Assembly (NCBI RefSeq): GCF_009914755.1
Contig: NC_060947.1
Direction: 5' to 3' (one strand)
DNA length: 64,000 nt
DNA from: the human T2T-CHM13v2.0 reference genome, Homo sapiens
Numbering within the stretch: the stretch's first letter is position 1; every line of letters begins with the position of its first letter. The position numbers and the translations under genes were made by a program. Below the pieces are notes generated by a model. That model did not search any database. It was not told the DNA's origin and saw only the letters and a program-made list of their open reading frames with translations. Below are positions 46,128-60,080 of this stretch, one piece after another.

Positions 46128-46483
46128 TGATATGCTTTGGCTATGTCCTCACCCACATCTCATATAGAATTCCCGTGTTATGGGAAGGACCTGGTGGGAG
46201 GTAACTGAATAATGTGCGCAGGTCTTTCCTGTTCTGTTCTCGTGATAGTGAATGTCTCATGAGATCTGATGGTTATAAAAAGGGGAGTTTCCCTGCACAA
46301 GCACCCCTCTCTCTTTGCCTGCTGCCATCTGTGTAAGACATGACTTATTCCTCCTTGCCTTCTGCCATGATTGTGAGGGTTCTCCAGCCACGTGGAACTG
46401 TAAGTCCAATTACAGCTCTTTCTTCTGTAAATTGCCCAGTCTCGGGTATGTCTTTATCAGCAGCATGAAAACAGACTAATACA
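46128..46483 (+). mobile_element. THE1 (MaLR) solo LTR
   Basis: tgatatgctttggctatgtcc...acagactaataca, TSD accat (46123-46127 and 46484-46488). Confidence 0.92.
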
Positions 46484-47164
46484 ACCATGAGAAAGAGTTA
46501 GCAGAAATAGCAATCAGCAAATCAGACTTACGGTAACAGATACTGGAAACCTTAGGTTCAAAATATAAAAGTTGTATATGTGATAATTTCAAAGACTTTT
46601 TTAAAAATTAAATTTGATAATGGAGGAAAAGACTACAAAAATTAACCCAGTAGATTGGAATACAATTTAAATAGAATCACTATAATTAAATATAGTAATA
46701 TAAAATAATAACTCAATAGGTAGGATAAATGTTAGACTTGATTCAGCTGAGGAAAGAAGTGGAAAACTGGAAAACAGATCCCAAGAGATTATTCAGATTT
46801 GCAGCACAAAAAGACAATAGAGAATATGCAACATGGAGGAAGAGAGTGAGATTATACGTGTAAAAATTTTTTACTTCTCAAGAGCAAAAAAGGAAGCCAG
46901 CATACAGTGAAATAGTAATCCAGTGTACTAAAAGATACCGGTAACCTAAGATTCTATAACTCACACAAATATATTTTGAAAAAAATGAAATAAAGTTATT
47001 TCTGGAAAATTAAAACTGAGAACATTTGTTACTGACTGAACCTAAGTAAAGGAAATTCTGCCAAATATACTTCAGGTAAAAGGAAAGGGATTGTGGATGA
47101 CAAGTGAGAGAATTAAAATGACAGAGTAACAGAAATTGTTAAATACGTAAATAAATCTGAAAAG

Positions 47165-47720
47165 ATGTTCTGGTTATCAATTTTGCATAAAATCACCCCA
47201 AACATGGTGACAGAAAAAAGTGACCCTTTTATTATGCTCTTGCATTCTGTGGAACAAGAATTCAGACAGGGTACTGCAGGGATGGCTTTTCTTTCTTCTA
47301 AGGTATCTGTAGCCTCAACTAGAAAGACCTGAATGGCTAGGGTTAGTTGAACAATCAGGGTCAAAAATCATCTGGAGGCCTCTTTATTCACATGTCTCTT
47401 GCCAGAACTGGTATGACTCAAAGGCTGGACTCATGTGGTACTGTATTTCAGAGAGCATGCCCGTAGCTTCACGTGTTGTGTACTTTTTACAACACAGCAA
47501 CTGGATTATGAGAGGGAGTGACCAACAGGGAAGAGCAGAATAAGTGTGTCAAGATGCCAAAAGAAAACCTAAAGACTTTTTCAAAGGTAAGCTGATTTGT
47601 CACTAAATGTTACTCCTACCACATATTGGTTAAGCAAGCCACTAATACTAGCCCCTAAGCAAAAGGAGGCTAAATAAACTCCAGCTCTTAAGGGTGGAGT
47701 AGCAAGATCACAATCTGCAA
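47165..47720 (-). mobile_element. Old MLT1 LTR
   Basis: 'aaatcaccccaaacatggtg', 'attctgtggaacaagaattcagacaggg' and 'aatcatctggaggc'. Confidence 0.6.
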
Positions 47721-49570
47721 TGAACCATAAAAATAATGTCTTGTATGATCAAAAAGCAAAATAGAACTACAACATATTATAATGAAGGCATGTAGGTCAG
47801 GTGAAAGGGTGCTTAGCATTAAAATATCATAAAATATTTAGGATATCATTTAGGATGTAATTTCAGAAGATAAAAACATCATTTAAACTTAGAGCTTGAT
47901 ACGTTATGTATACATGTTAAAATTATAGCATAACCACTAAAGGAAAAGAAACAGAGTGAAAACATCGCAAAATTTAACAGGAGAAAGTTGGATTTTTTTT
48001 AAAAAATTGATCCAAAATAAGCCAAAATAAAGTGAAAAAAACATAGAAAGTGGGAATAAATGGTAAGCACCAACAGGGTGATAGAAATACCATATTACTA
48101 GTCACAATAAGTAAAAAGAGACTAAGTTTTCCATTTAAAGAGAAAAAATTGGAAAAGCATGTAGTAAAACAAAATCCAGCTATATATTGTCTAGAAGAGA
48201 TATACTAAAAACATAAGGATACAAAAAGTTTGAAAGTAAAAAAAAATATGTAAAGCATTTACCAGGCAAATGAAAGAAAGCTGGGATGACCATATTAATA
48301 TCAGATAAAATAAATTGTAATGCAAAAATGTATTAGTTAAAAAGGATCATCACATAATGATAAAATGTTAACTTCAAGACAAAAATGTAACAATTCTAAC
48401 TTTCTAAATTCGGTTCCCTGAAAAAAGTAAATAAAACTGACAAAGATCCTAGCAGAGCAATATGGAAAAAAAAGAGAGGATACTAATAAATAAGATTAGG
48501 AATGAGAAGGAAGACATAAGTATAGATGTTACAGATATTATAAGGATTAAATGGAACTATTATAAACTTCATGCAAATAAAAACTCAGAGGAAATATTAA
48601 AGTTCCTAGAGTGTATAATTTGCCAATCCTGAATGAAGAAGTAACTGAAATAATTCAATAATTATTAAAATATTGGACCAATAATTTATGTTTCTATTAA
48701 AAGTTTTCAATCCTAAAAGTTTTGACCAGAAAGCCCTAACAAACATTTACAGAATATTTAATTAGTCAGATGTAAAATTTTCCTAGGCAATAGCCCAGAT
48801 AGTCACTGAAATAATTTCTTTTTCTTTGAGCAATAAGAAACTACCTTTTCCAACCAGATGGACCTAGGTGGGCCCATGTGACTATTCTCAACAATGGAAT
48901 GCAAGATTAAATGATATGTCACTTTTATTCCATATTAGTTAGGAGTCAATATGTCTTTTCTGCACCCTCTGTACTTTCTTCTCCTCATTTTCTAGCCACG
49001 TTTTGAGGATCCCAGAGGCAAGCCATGGAAAGAGCCTTAGTTGTTTAATCAATAGCCAAGGTATTGCCAAAGAGGAACAATCTATAATTATCATAAAGGT
49101 AAAATAAGGCTTTTTAGTCTTAGTGCAGGAATAGATAAGTTAACTAAAATAATCGAGCAGAGATTTTAGAAACAGATGTATCTATGACCGAACATATTTT
49201 ATGAAAATCCTGTCAGTAGGAAATAAGATTTCACAAAATGTAGTTGAAACTATTGGTTAAGCATGTGGAGAAAAATGAATTGGACCTCTACTTCACGTGA
49301 TATATTAAAATTAGTTATAAACTACAAAATATTCATAATTCTAAACTAGAAAGCATTTTAACACAATATAGAAGAATATCTTTATTACCATGTGGGAAGT
49401 AATGATTTCTTAAATGTGACACAAAATTTGTAAATCATAAATTAAAAATCTAATAAATTCAACCACATTAAAATTAGGAACATCCATTCAAAATGCAACA
49501 TAAAGAAAGAAAAAAAGACAAGACAAAAAAGAGAGTAAAGGATTTATAATATATATGAAGGAATTAATGT

Positions 49571-49574
<4 letters not shown>

Positions 49575-49612
<38 letters not shown>
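49575..49612. repeat. (CA)n microsatellite
   Basis: Direct reading. Confidence 0.95.
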
Positions 49613-49615
<3 letters not shown>

Positions 49616-49895
49616 ATATATATATAGAACTCCTTTGAATTAAGCGAAAGACAAACCTAGGAGAAAAAAATTATGAACAAAAGACCTAACAAGCACCTTG
49701 TGGAAGAGGAAATCCAAAGCCAATAAACGTATGAAAATATGCTTAGTCTCAGCATTAATTAGAGAATATTGCTAAATAAAAATGTAATGAAATAACATTT
49801 CATACTATCCAGATTGGCAAAATTAAGAAATCTGTTAATACCAAATGCTGACTAAGATATGGGTCAGTGGGAACTCAAATACTGCTGGTGGGTGT

Positions 49896-50300
49896 TGCTA
49901 TGGTCTGAATGTTTGTTTCCTGCCAAAATTCATTATGTTGAAACCTAATCTCCAATGTGGTATTACAAGGTGGGACCTTAAGGAGGTGATTAAATCAGGA
50001 GGGCTCCATCCTCATGAATGGAATTAGTGCCTTTAGAAAAGAAACCTGAGGGAGCTTATTAGCCCCTTTGCCCTTCTACCATGTGAGGACACAGCTAGAA
50101 AGCACCATCTCTGAAGCACAGAGTGAGCCTTCACCAAGGGCTTGATCTTGGCAACAAGATCGAGGTGCCACCACTTAATCTGTTGGTGCCTTGATCTTGG
50201 ACTGCCCAGCATCCAGAACTGTGAACAATAAATTTATGCCTTTTGTAAATTACCCAATCTAAGGTGTTTTCTTATAAAAGAATGAATGGGCTGAGAGAGA
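49896..50300 (+). mobile_element. MST/MLT1A MaLR LTR
   Basis: tgctatggtctgaatgtttg start, 'ttgatcttggactgcccagcatccagaactgtgaacaataaa'. Confidence 0.8.
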
Positions 50301-50447
50301 TGTATAAATAGGCACAACAGCATTGAAAATCTATGTAAGATGCCCTTACTACTATAGAACAATTCCTGTCCTAGGAATGTACCCCATTTTTTTCCCTTTT
50401 TTTTCACTTCCATAGTCTAAGCCAAGTAGGAATATAACATAGAATAA

Positions 50448-50957
50448 AGGTTTCTGATCTTAAAATCCATGGTTAGAATGTAAAGGCCATGTAAAGTTGA
50501 ATGGAAAACAATTACTTCTTTATTTCTAGCAGTCCTTAAATGAAATCTAGCATTTCCTTTATTTATTTCCTTTGTTTGTGAATGTAGGCAACAAACCACA
50601 GCAGTCTTAGCAGTACCAGTGACTTTGTCACCAAGGAAACAAAAATATTTTTGTATCACATTACTACTATTGAAGATAACTGAGTGTAAATATCCTCTAC
50701 ATTAATCACTACTTCACAACCAGGGAAGTTATTCGACCTACCCCTAGATCACGTTATTTAATGGATTAATAAAGAAAGATATTTAATACTATGTAAAAAT
50801 TTATTAACATTTTTATAACCATATTTCAGTATAACTGGTGTCATTTATAAGCCTATTATTTTATTTTGTACTTTAAAAACTTAATCTGAAAAGGAAGCCA
50901 ATAAGCTTTACCAGATTTCCAAAAAAGTCCATGGTGCAGTTAAAAAACCCGTTCTAT
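50448..50957. mobile_element. hAT-Charlie-like DNA transposon remnant
   Basis: Degenerate terminal sequences and a Charlie-like interior ('tatttcagtataactggtgtc'). Tentative. Confidence 0.45.
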
Positions 50958-51387
50958 AAAATCTCTTGCTCAAAATGCACAAAGCAGGGCTGTTTAAAAT
51001 AGAAAAAAAAAAGTCTGTGATCCAAACGTCCATCAATGTATAGATGCTTTGTGATATATTCACACCATATAGGAATATTTTGCTGCAGTGAAAATGAATG
51101 ATTTATAATTACACACAACAGCATGGATGAATTTCAGGAGAGCAAAAAATGGAAGTTACAGAAGAATGTATAGTATATGATTCTATGTGAAAAAAGTAGA
51201 AAACAGGCAACCTAAGCAACAAACATGTAGTGAAACTATAATGAATGAAAGGAAACAATAAGCACAAATATCAAGTTAGATATTTCCTCCTGACTCAGAG
51301 TCAGGAGGAAAAGTGTGGGATCAGAGTAAAAACATAAGAGGCAATGTTCTTTTTCTTAACCTGGGTGGTAGGTACATAGATAATTAT

Positions 51388-51750
51388 TTGTCTTTGTCAA
51401 CTTGGGCTTCTATAACAAAATATCATAAACTGAATATCTTAAAAAACAAACATTTATATCTCAAAGTTCAAGAGTCTGGGAAGTCTGAGATCTGGACACC
51501 AACATGGTCAGTTCTGGTGAGAGCGCTCTTCTAGGTTGCCGAAAGTGGGCTTCTCCTTGCATACTTACATGGCAGAAAAAGTGAGCAAGCTCTATGGGGT
51601 GCCTTTTACAAGGGCACTAATCCCATTCATGAGGGTTCCACCCTCATTGCCTAATTTTCTCTCAAAGGTCCTACCTTCTAATACCGTAACTCTGCAGGTT
51701 AGGATTTTAATATATGAATTTGGGGGAACATAATCATTCAGTGTATAATA
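51388..51750 (-). mobile_element. MLT1A-type LTR
   Basis: 'ctataacaaaatatcataaactg', 'gggaagtctgagatc' and 'atgaattttgggggaacata'. Confidence 0.8.
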
Positions 51751-52479
51751 TAATCATAGAATTATTATAATTTTCATGGATTTCTTTTTCTTTTGTCTGT
51801 TCAGTGCTTACTAAAAGCAGTTTTTAAGTGTGCATAATTCTGTCTGCTTTGTGAAGAATAGAATTAAGGGGATGCATAGTAGAAATGGTCAGCTGTTTAA
51901 GGAAGATGCTGTGGTCTGGGCTAAGGTTTGGGTAGTGAGTAGGCACAAAGAGAAGTAGTCACATTTAGGCTATATCTTAGAAGTAAAAGGTAGAAGTTGT
52001 TGTTGAAGGAAAGAAGAAAAGAAAGAAGAATTTGCCTGAGAAAATGCATGGAGGTAGAGCTGTTGCAGATGTGGGAGATACAGTACAAGGAATGTGTTTA
52101 GAAGAGAAATGAAGAGTTCTGTTTCAGACCTTAAATTCTGAGAAGTTGATGAGACATCCTAGTAAAAATATCACTAGGCAGTTGCTATTTGGTATTTGTT
52201 ACATAAACAGAACCATAGGAACCATAACATTATTGAGCCAGAAAATAACCCTGAGTTCATTTCCCATTCTAAATCTGAAAAAAAAAAAAAAAAAAGAAAT
52301 CCTGTTATTTCTTAATGTCCATACCTCTCCAATGATTATGGGTGAGTTTGGGAATTGCCAGCAGCAATTAATTCTTTTAGGATTGTCTCTATTTTTTTTT
52401 TCCAGTAAACTGCCAAATCAAGGAATACTTCCATTTGAGACTTTCTCTCTTGAATGAATTCATTTTTATTTTTAAATTT

Positions 52480-53240
52480 TAAATTGACAAATTATACTTG
52501 TATATACTTATGGAGTACAAAATGGTGTTACAATTTTTTATTATGTTATGCTTAGCTTTTTAAAATTTTTATTTTTTATTTATTTAAATTTATTATTGCT
52601 TTTACCTTTTTATTCAGGTATAAAAACAATAGAGTGTATTAATCTTTAAAGGTACAATGTAATAATCATATGTATACACTATTCAATCACAACTTCCATG
52701 AAGACCTTGGAAATTTCTGTTAGAAGGTTTCCTCTCATGGTTCTTGCTGAACTCCAACCTGCCACTTAATCCCTTCCAACCAACCCTCATTCCTAGAGTA
52801 ACTGCTATTCTGCTACCTTTCTCTATCTCTTAGTTTTGCTTTCTATTGGATCTTACAAAAATGGGATAATACAGTATATAGTCTTTTTTGCCTGGCTGCT
52901 TCTTTTGTTTTGCCCAACATCCATATTGTTACATGCACCAGTACTTCATTCTTGCTGTGTAGAGACTGGTGTTATGATTTCTGAATACATGTGGAATAAT
53001 TACATCAAGCGAATTAATATATCCATCACCTCAAATAGTTATTTTTTTGTGGTGAGATCATTTGAAATTTATTTTCAGCAATTTTGATATGTACAATATG
53101 TTAACATTTACTATATTCACCATGCTGTGCAATATATCTCAATGTAAGGGAAAAAAAACTTATTTCTCCATCATCTCCCCACTCCCCTAGCCTCTGCTAG
53201 CCACCGTTCTACTGTTTCTTCAAGTTTGATTGTTTCTGTG
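52480..53240 (-). mobile_element. L1MA 3' UTR fragments
   Basis: 'aaattgacaaattatacttgtatatacttatggagtacaa' and 'tccatcacctcaaatagttatttttttgtggtgaga'. Confidence 0.65.
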
Positions 53241-55223
53241 GATAAAAGGGAATGTTTGTACACTGAGTAAATTTGTTTACTGCTTTTATTCAGAATGCTC
53301 CATCTCCTCTTCTCTAACTTCCAGGGCTACTTCACATTCTAGTCAGGTTACAGCATCTAATTTATAATACCTTATATTGGGATTGTGCTTTAGAGATTAC
53401 AATGAGCTTTCACATACATTACTACATTTACACCTTCTAGCCCTTCTTTGAGATAGTTTGGAAGAGTGTTATTATCCCTATATTTAATATGAAGTAATCA
53501 AGACACCTAGCTCTAATGCGTTGCCCAAGATCGTATTTACTAAGTGGCAAGGCATAAACTCAACCCAAAGCCTGCTGGCTCCCTGTGATCTTGTGTTTAT
53601 TTTATATCTTATACTGGTTTGCATGTTGAGAAAAAATACCAGTTCTTGTCTCCTGGGTAATTATACTCCAAAGACATTTGCTTTAAGTTTTTAGATTTGC
53701 ATAATGAAATTGGCAATTAGAATGCTTGCTTCAGGTAACTAAACTAACATCACCAAGATTGCAATTAAAATGAAAAGGAGGGCTATAGTTATTCATGATT
53801 TTTTTCTTAAAATAATTTCAAAACACTCCCCTACCTATTACTTATTTGCTACCTATAACACTCTTATAAACTATCATGACAGATAACAATATTATCATTT
53901 AGAAAATAAAGAAATGGAGCCAGAAAAAGGTGAAGGCAGCTTCAAATCAACTACTAATAGATCCCCATGATTCCCAAGATCTACCGTTATTTATGATGGA
54001 AATTTTCTTTGCAAAATCCCTACATCATGTTAAAAGTCATACTGAATCAAAAGTGTATTCTAGGTGTTTTATGCAAAATTTTAAGGCTTAAAGAGAATGC
54101 TATGCTAAGTAAATTCTCAATATTGATATACTCAATATGAAGAGCACTGTCATAGGTAATAAGTCCTCAAATAATAGAATATATTTTAATGTGTTAGCTG
54201 AATAACAAATAATTTTTTGTTCAAGAAGCATTTGTCTCTCCATGCCACGGTTGTTTTAAAGATAGTCTCATCAAGAAAGCCTTAATTAAAACACTTCCCT
54301 GCCTAAGCTTCTTCCAACTAACCTCTGGTAGCCTGAGTTTGAAATACTGTTTTGAGTGATCATTTAGGGTGGAAATGACAGAGAACTCTCTCTCTCTCTT
54401 TTTTTTTTTGCCTTATATATTACTCCTGTGTTTTTAGTTAAATTTTCAGGATCACTGTGTATCGCTTTTGTAATCAGAAAAAGCAGACACCAAAAGGTCA
54501 TTTAAAATGTTTTAAATTGTAATGTCTTCTCTAAAATTTCTCAGAAAATATTCTTTCATTTTGTTATAATAGCCAAATGTAAAATAATGCACTGAAAGTT
54601 ACTAGATCGGAAGTAAGATAATTGCTATAATTCAATATAAGCATTCTGATTCATTGAATGTTTCATGTGTTTTTATGCTAATCTAATCAGACCATCTTAG
54701 AAAATTTTAGGCCCAGGAATCCTTAATGATACACTTTGAAACAACTGTAGTCTTTGAAATACACAAAAATAGATGCCATAAAGATTTTATGGGATGTATT
54801 TCTGACAGCAGTGTGGTTATTCCATAATTTACCCTTAAACGTCACAATCAGGAGAACATCCATGCTTAAAATAGACCCTAGAACATATATGCTAGAAAAT
54901 GAAAAACATTTCTAGTTCTAAAATGTTGAATCTGGATTTCAGTTCTGAAACTCTGATTGAACACCTTTACATTAAGCCCATGAATGAATGTTTGATTCAA
55001 GTTATTTCAAATCTGGCTAGAAATTTATGAGTTAAAACCTGGCCTCCGACGCCATTAAAGAAAATGGTCATTTGGGGAAGGTGGATAGAATAGAGAATGA
55101 ATACTTTATTATGAAGCCTTAGGAATGTAGTACTTTCCTTTGAAGGGAAAATGTTTTGGATCCTTTGTAATGTATCTGTTTTTATTTTTTTAATCAAATG
55201 CACCCCAAATCTCATTGGTCTTA

Positions 55224-55630
<407 letters not shown>

Positions 55631-58460
55631 ATTGTGGCCACAATGTTAATGCAAAATAAAAGTTTAAACTAAATTATAAGTTTTTCAAGACCTATGATAT
55701 CTTAGTTATCCAATCATGCGATTGTTTGAAGCTCACATGTTTTCACTATTGGTAATACTTTGCTTCCCTCTACCTAGAAAAGGCTGCCTCCACGGGCCCC
55801 ATTTATTGGGCAGTTTATTCCAAAGTTAAAAGGTAGTTACCTACAAAGTAAGGTAAAACAGCTTGATATGTGATAACAAACGTATAATTCTAACAACAAC
55901 CAAGTAGAGCCTAGGTAGACGATGTTGCTCTAGTACTCGCCCATCAGTATTGAAAATGTAAGATGAGGATGAGCAGAAGAGCACAAACTGAAAACGAGGC
56001 TGGGGCAAATCTTCCATACAACCAAAGAATTTTCCAAATCCGGAGCAGTGCAAGCCTATATAAAAGTCTATTATATGGAGCAAAACTTGGAGTTAACAGA
56101 AGGTGTTGGCAACTTTTAGCTTTTAAAAATGATTATAATTATAATTTGTTTCTTAAACCCCACATCAAGATGTTTTGCCTGCTTGAATAAAACTATTCTG
56201 TTACCATTTCGCCACCTGTAGTTGTTACTGTAGATAAAACGCCTATGATATAGTACCTAGACAATGAAATAATAAAAAAGACAATAACGTAACCCCAATT
56301 GTTTAAGACCATTGTTACTTTGAATTCCCATTTTTTCACACTTCCCCTCATATTAAAATGGCTCCAGGTAATTTTAAGTTTCAGCTAAGGGGAGGTAACA
56401 CATAAAGTGATTTAGTTTGGCTTTAGTGGAATATGTTTGTTTCTCAATCACTCTGGTGAATAAATTATTGCTAGCTGATCCAGTGTAAGAAGGTGCCCAT
56501 GAATGCTCTTGTCCACTGTGCCACTCAACTACCATGGCATGAAGGTGCAGGGCCAGAGATTATTTTCCCCGGCACCAGAAGTACCTAGATAGTAGAGGCG
56601 CAACAAAAGCTAGTGTGCAAAAATTTTTCCTTAATTTTTTAACTTATTTAGAAAAGAAACTTGATAAAGGCTTTCTACATTACACAAGAGTTTAAAATGT
56701 GTTATAAGACATTAAATAACAACTTGTGATGCTTAAAGAAAAATGTCTATCAATACAACAACAAATTTGTACAACAAATTTTGAACAACTAGTTTAAAGG
56801 AGAGAAGCATCTAAAGGAGGGGAAGGTAAATAGATATGTAGGACAACATTAAAACACATTTTTTCTTCATTTAATTTTTATATCATAGGAGGTTGTGAAA
56901 AGTGCATTTGTGATTATAATCTCTACCAGCAAAAAACGTTGTATTGTCTTAAATAATTTTCCTTAAGGAGTTGATGTGGAAACAAAGTGCTAATGCTAAA
57001 TTTTCAAATCTCCACCCACCTCAAAGAAAAGGCAAGTGTTCTTGAGTCTACAATCATAGACACCAGATTCTGATGTATACAGTAACAAAAAATTATCCCT
57101 AAAGATAATTACTGTTATGTCTTTTATATATCTAATGGATTTTTTGGGGGGGAGTGCAAAGAAATGCAGAAAAACTTATTCAGAATAAGGCTTTTGAATT
57201 CCAGGTAGAAAAAACTATGTTGAAACTTTATGCATTTATATATCAAGAAATATCAGCTGTATTCTGATGCTTTAAGATTAATTTAGAACAAATTTTATTA
57301 TTCGGAACTGGGAGATTCAACAAAGTGAATTTGCTGTGGTATATCATAGGAAAACTTTTAAACTTTACTTTTAGAGTGTGAAAGTTGTATTATGGATGTT
57401 ATTTTTTTCTGGGCCGAAAAGCTGTCTTTTCCTGGCTTTGGTGACATTTATATACCTTAGAACTAACTGATATTATTTATTATTTATTATTTTTTGCAAA
57501 CATTGGTACCTTTTACTTCAAATTTTGTGAATAAACTGATACATATTTCAACGGGCTTTCAAGCAATTTTACAACAAAGCACATACTTCTTAGCAACATC
57601 ACTATAAGACAGCAATGTATTCTCTTTAATGTTTACCTGTTGTAATCCTCTATAGGGTTTCCAAAACTTCTGCACATTGTGCTTTTCATATAAAATTTTT
57701 ATTAAAGATCTTAGCTATTTTCTAAATGAATATCCTTTTTATTGGATTTTTTCCAATTACAAATGAAATTTCATTTTACATCTATAATTAGAAACAACAC
57801 TTACAATGGGACTGTACAAATTTAGGTCAAAATAAAAATATATGTATTTTGTGACTTCATAAGACATCCTTTACTATATCTTTAAAGAAAGCAGAAGTAA
57901 CAGCAATATATGTGAAAGTAATGATTTAATGACTATAAGCAAGACAAAGTAATAGAATTGTGCTTCTTTTGCAGACTGGGGACAATGAAATGTTTAGCTA
58001 CAATTTTCCCATCCGATATTATTAATAAAGAAATGAAAGCACTTTTTCCAGTATGATCCTTTTTTTTCCTTTGCTTTTTGGTGGTATGCAAACTGCAAGC
58101 TATTTAATATACTCAAAATTCTGTTAGAAAAAGCTATCATTAACATTTTGAATGTCTTTAAAAATTCTATGCAGTCTGATGGTATATGTATAAGATTATA
58201 ATAAAGTAAAAGAAATGAATAATTTCTTTCTATTCATAGGCACTATATCTACAATGACCATGACAGGTGGGTAAATAATCACGGAATAGTTTTATTCAAG
58301 CAGGCAGAACATTTTGATATGGGGTCTGAGAAAAAAATAATAACTGGAATTCCTCCAGTGTTGTGCTAGGTATGAAAGGTGACACTATAGGATAAGACGC
58401 CTTGCTGGGAAATACCAATCATTATTGAAGTGTGCAAAATGCATTTTTCCTTACTGGTTA

Positions 58461-58827
<367 letters not shown>

Positions 58828-58899
58828 ATATATATATATATGTACGTTAAATTTAATACATATGTATCACACATATATAATTACATAATTATATTTGGG

Positions 58900-60080
58900 T
58901 ATATATGTTAAACATATATTTTATATATACATACACACACACCACAATTTCTTTACCCATTCATCCATCAAGGGACACTTATGTTGTTTCCGTATCTTGG
59001 CTCCTGCAAAAAGAATGGAAGCACAGATAACTCTACGAGGTACTGGTTTCATTTCCTCTGGGTATATATCCAGAAATGGGATTGCTAGATCATACGGAAG
59101 TTTTATTTTTAATATTTGGGGGAACCTCCATGCTGTTTTTCCATACTGGCTGCACCATTTACAGTCCCATAACGAGGGTTCAGTTTTTTTTCACATCCTC
59201 TCCAACACTTATTATTTCTTGTCCTTTTTTTTTTTTTTTTTTGATGGAGTCTCACTTTATCACCCAGGCTGGAGTGTAGTGGTACCATCTCAGCTCACTG
59301 CAACCTCCAGCCTCAGCCTGCTGTGTAGCTGCTACTACAGGCACGCACCACCATGCCCGGCTAATTTTTGTATTTTTTAGTAGAGACGGGGTTTCACCAT
59401 ATTGGCCAGGCTGGTCTTGAACTCCTGACCTCATGATCCATCTGCCTCGGCCTCCCAAGGTGCTAGAATTACTGACGTGAGCCACTGCACCCGGCCTCTT
59501 GTCCTTTTGATAATAACCATCCTAACAGGTGTGAGGTGGTATCTCATTGTGGTTTTGATTTGCATTTCTCTGATGATTAGTGATGCTGAGCACCTTTTCA
59601 TTTACATGTGGCCATTTTTATGTCTTTGGAAATTATTCAGCCTTAATAAAGAAGGAACTCCTGCATTTGTGAAAACATAGATGAACCTAGAGGCATTATG
59701 CTAAGCGAAATGAGCCAGAAACAAACAAAACAAATACTGCATTTCAGTTATATATGAAATCTAAAAAAGCTGACTACATAGAAACAGGGAATATATAGTG
59801 TTTACCAGGGGTGGGGGAAATAGACGGATGTTGGTCAAAGAGATCAAAGTTGCAGTTATGTAGGATGAGAAAATCTAGAGATCTAATGTGCAGGATGAAG
59901 ACTATAGTTAAGAATATTGTATCCGTGAAATTTGCTGAGTTGATTTTAGGAGTTCTTATCAGAAAAATAAAAAGGTAACAATGTAAGGTAAAGGATAACT
60001 GAATTTACTTGACTCTAGTAATTATTTTACTATGCATATCAAAGCATCATATTTTACACTTGAAAATATATATACAATTA
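58900..60080 (+). mobile_element. L1MA-type element with 5' inversion (antisense about 58900-59626, sense 3' UTR about 59627-60080)
   Basis: Antisense ORF2-end motifs switch at about 59627 to sense 'ggaaattattcagcc...atgaacctagagg'. Confidence 0.75.
59229..59496 (-). mobile_element. AluS with internal deletion, nested in L1MA
   Basis: TSD tcttgtcctttt (59217-59228 and 59497-59508). Confidence 0.9.

Larger units (their letters stand above)
44640..50380 (+). mobile_element. Patchwork of very old L1M fragments
   Basis: A-rich decayed ORF1/ORF2-like segments (e.g. 45450-45830, 48050-48650, 49050-49890) interrupted by LTRs. Confidence 0.55.
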
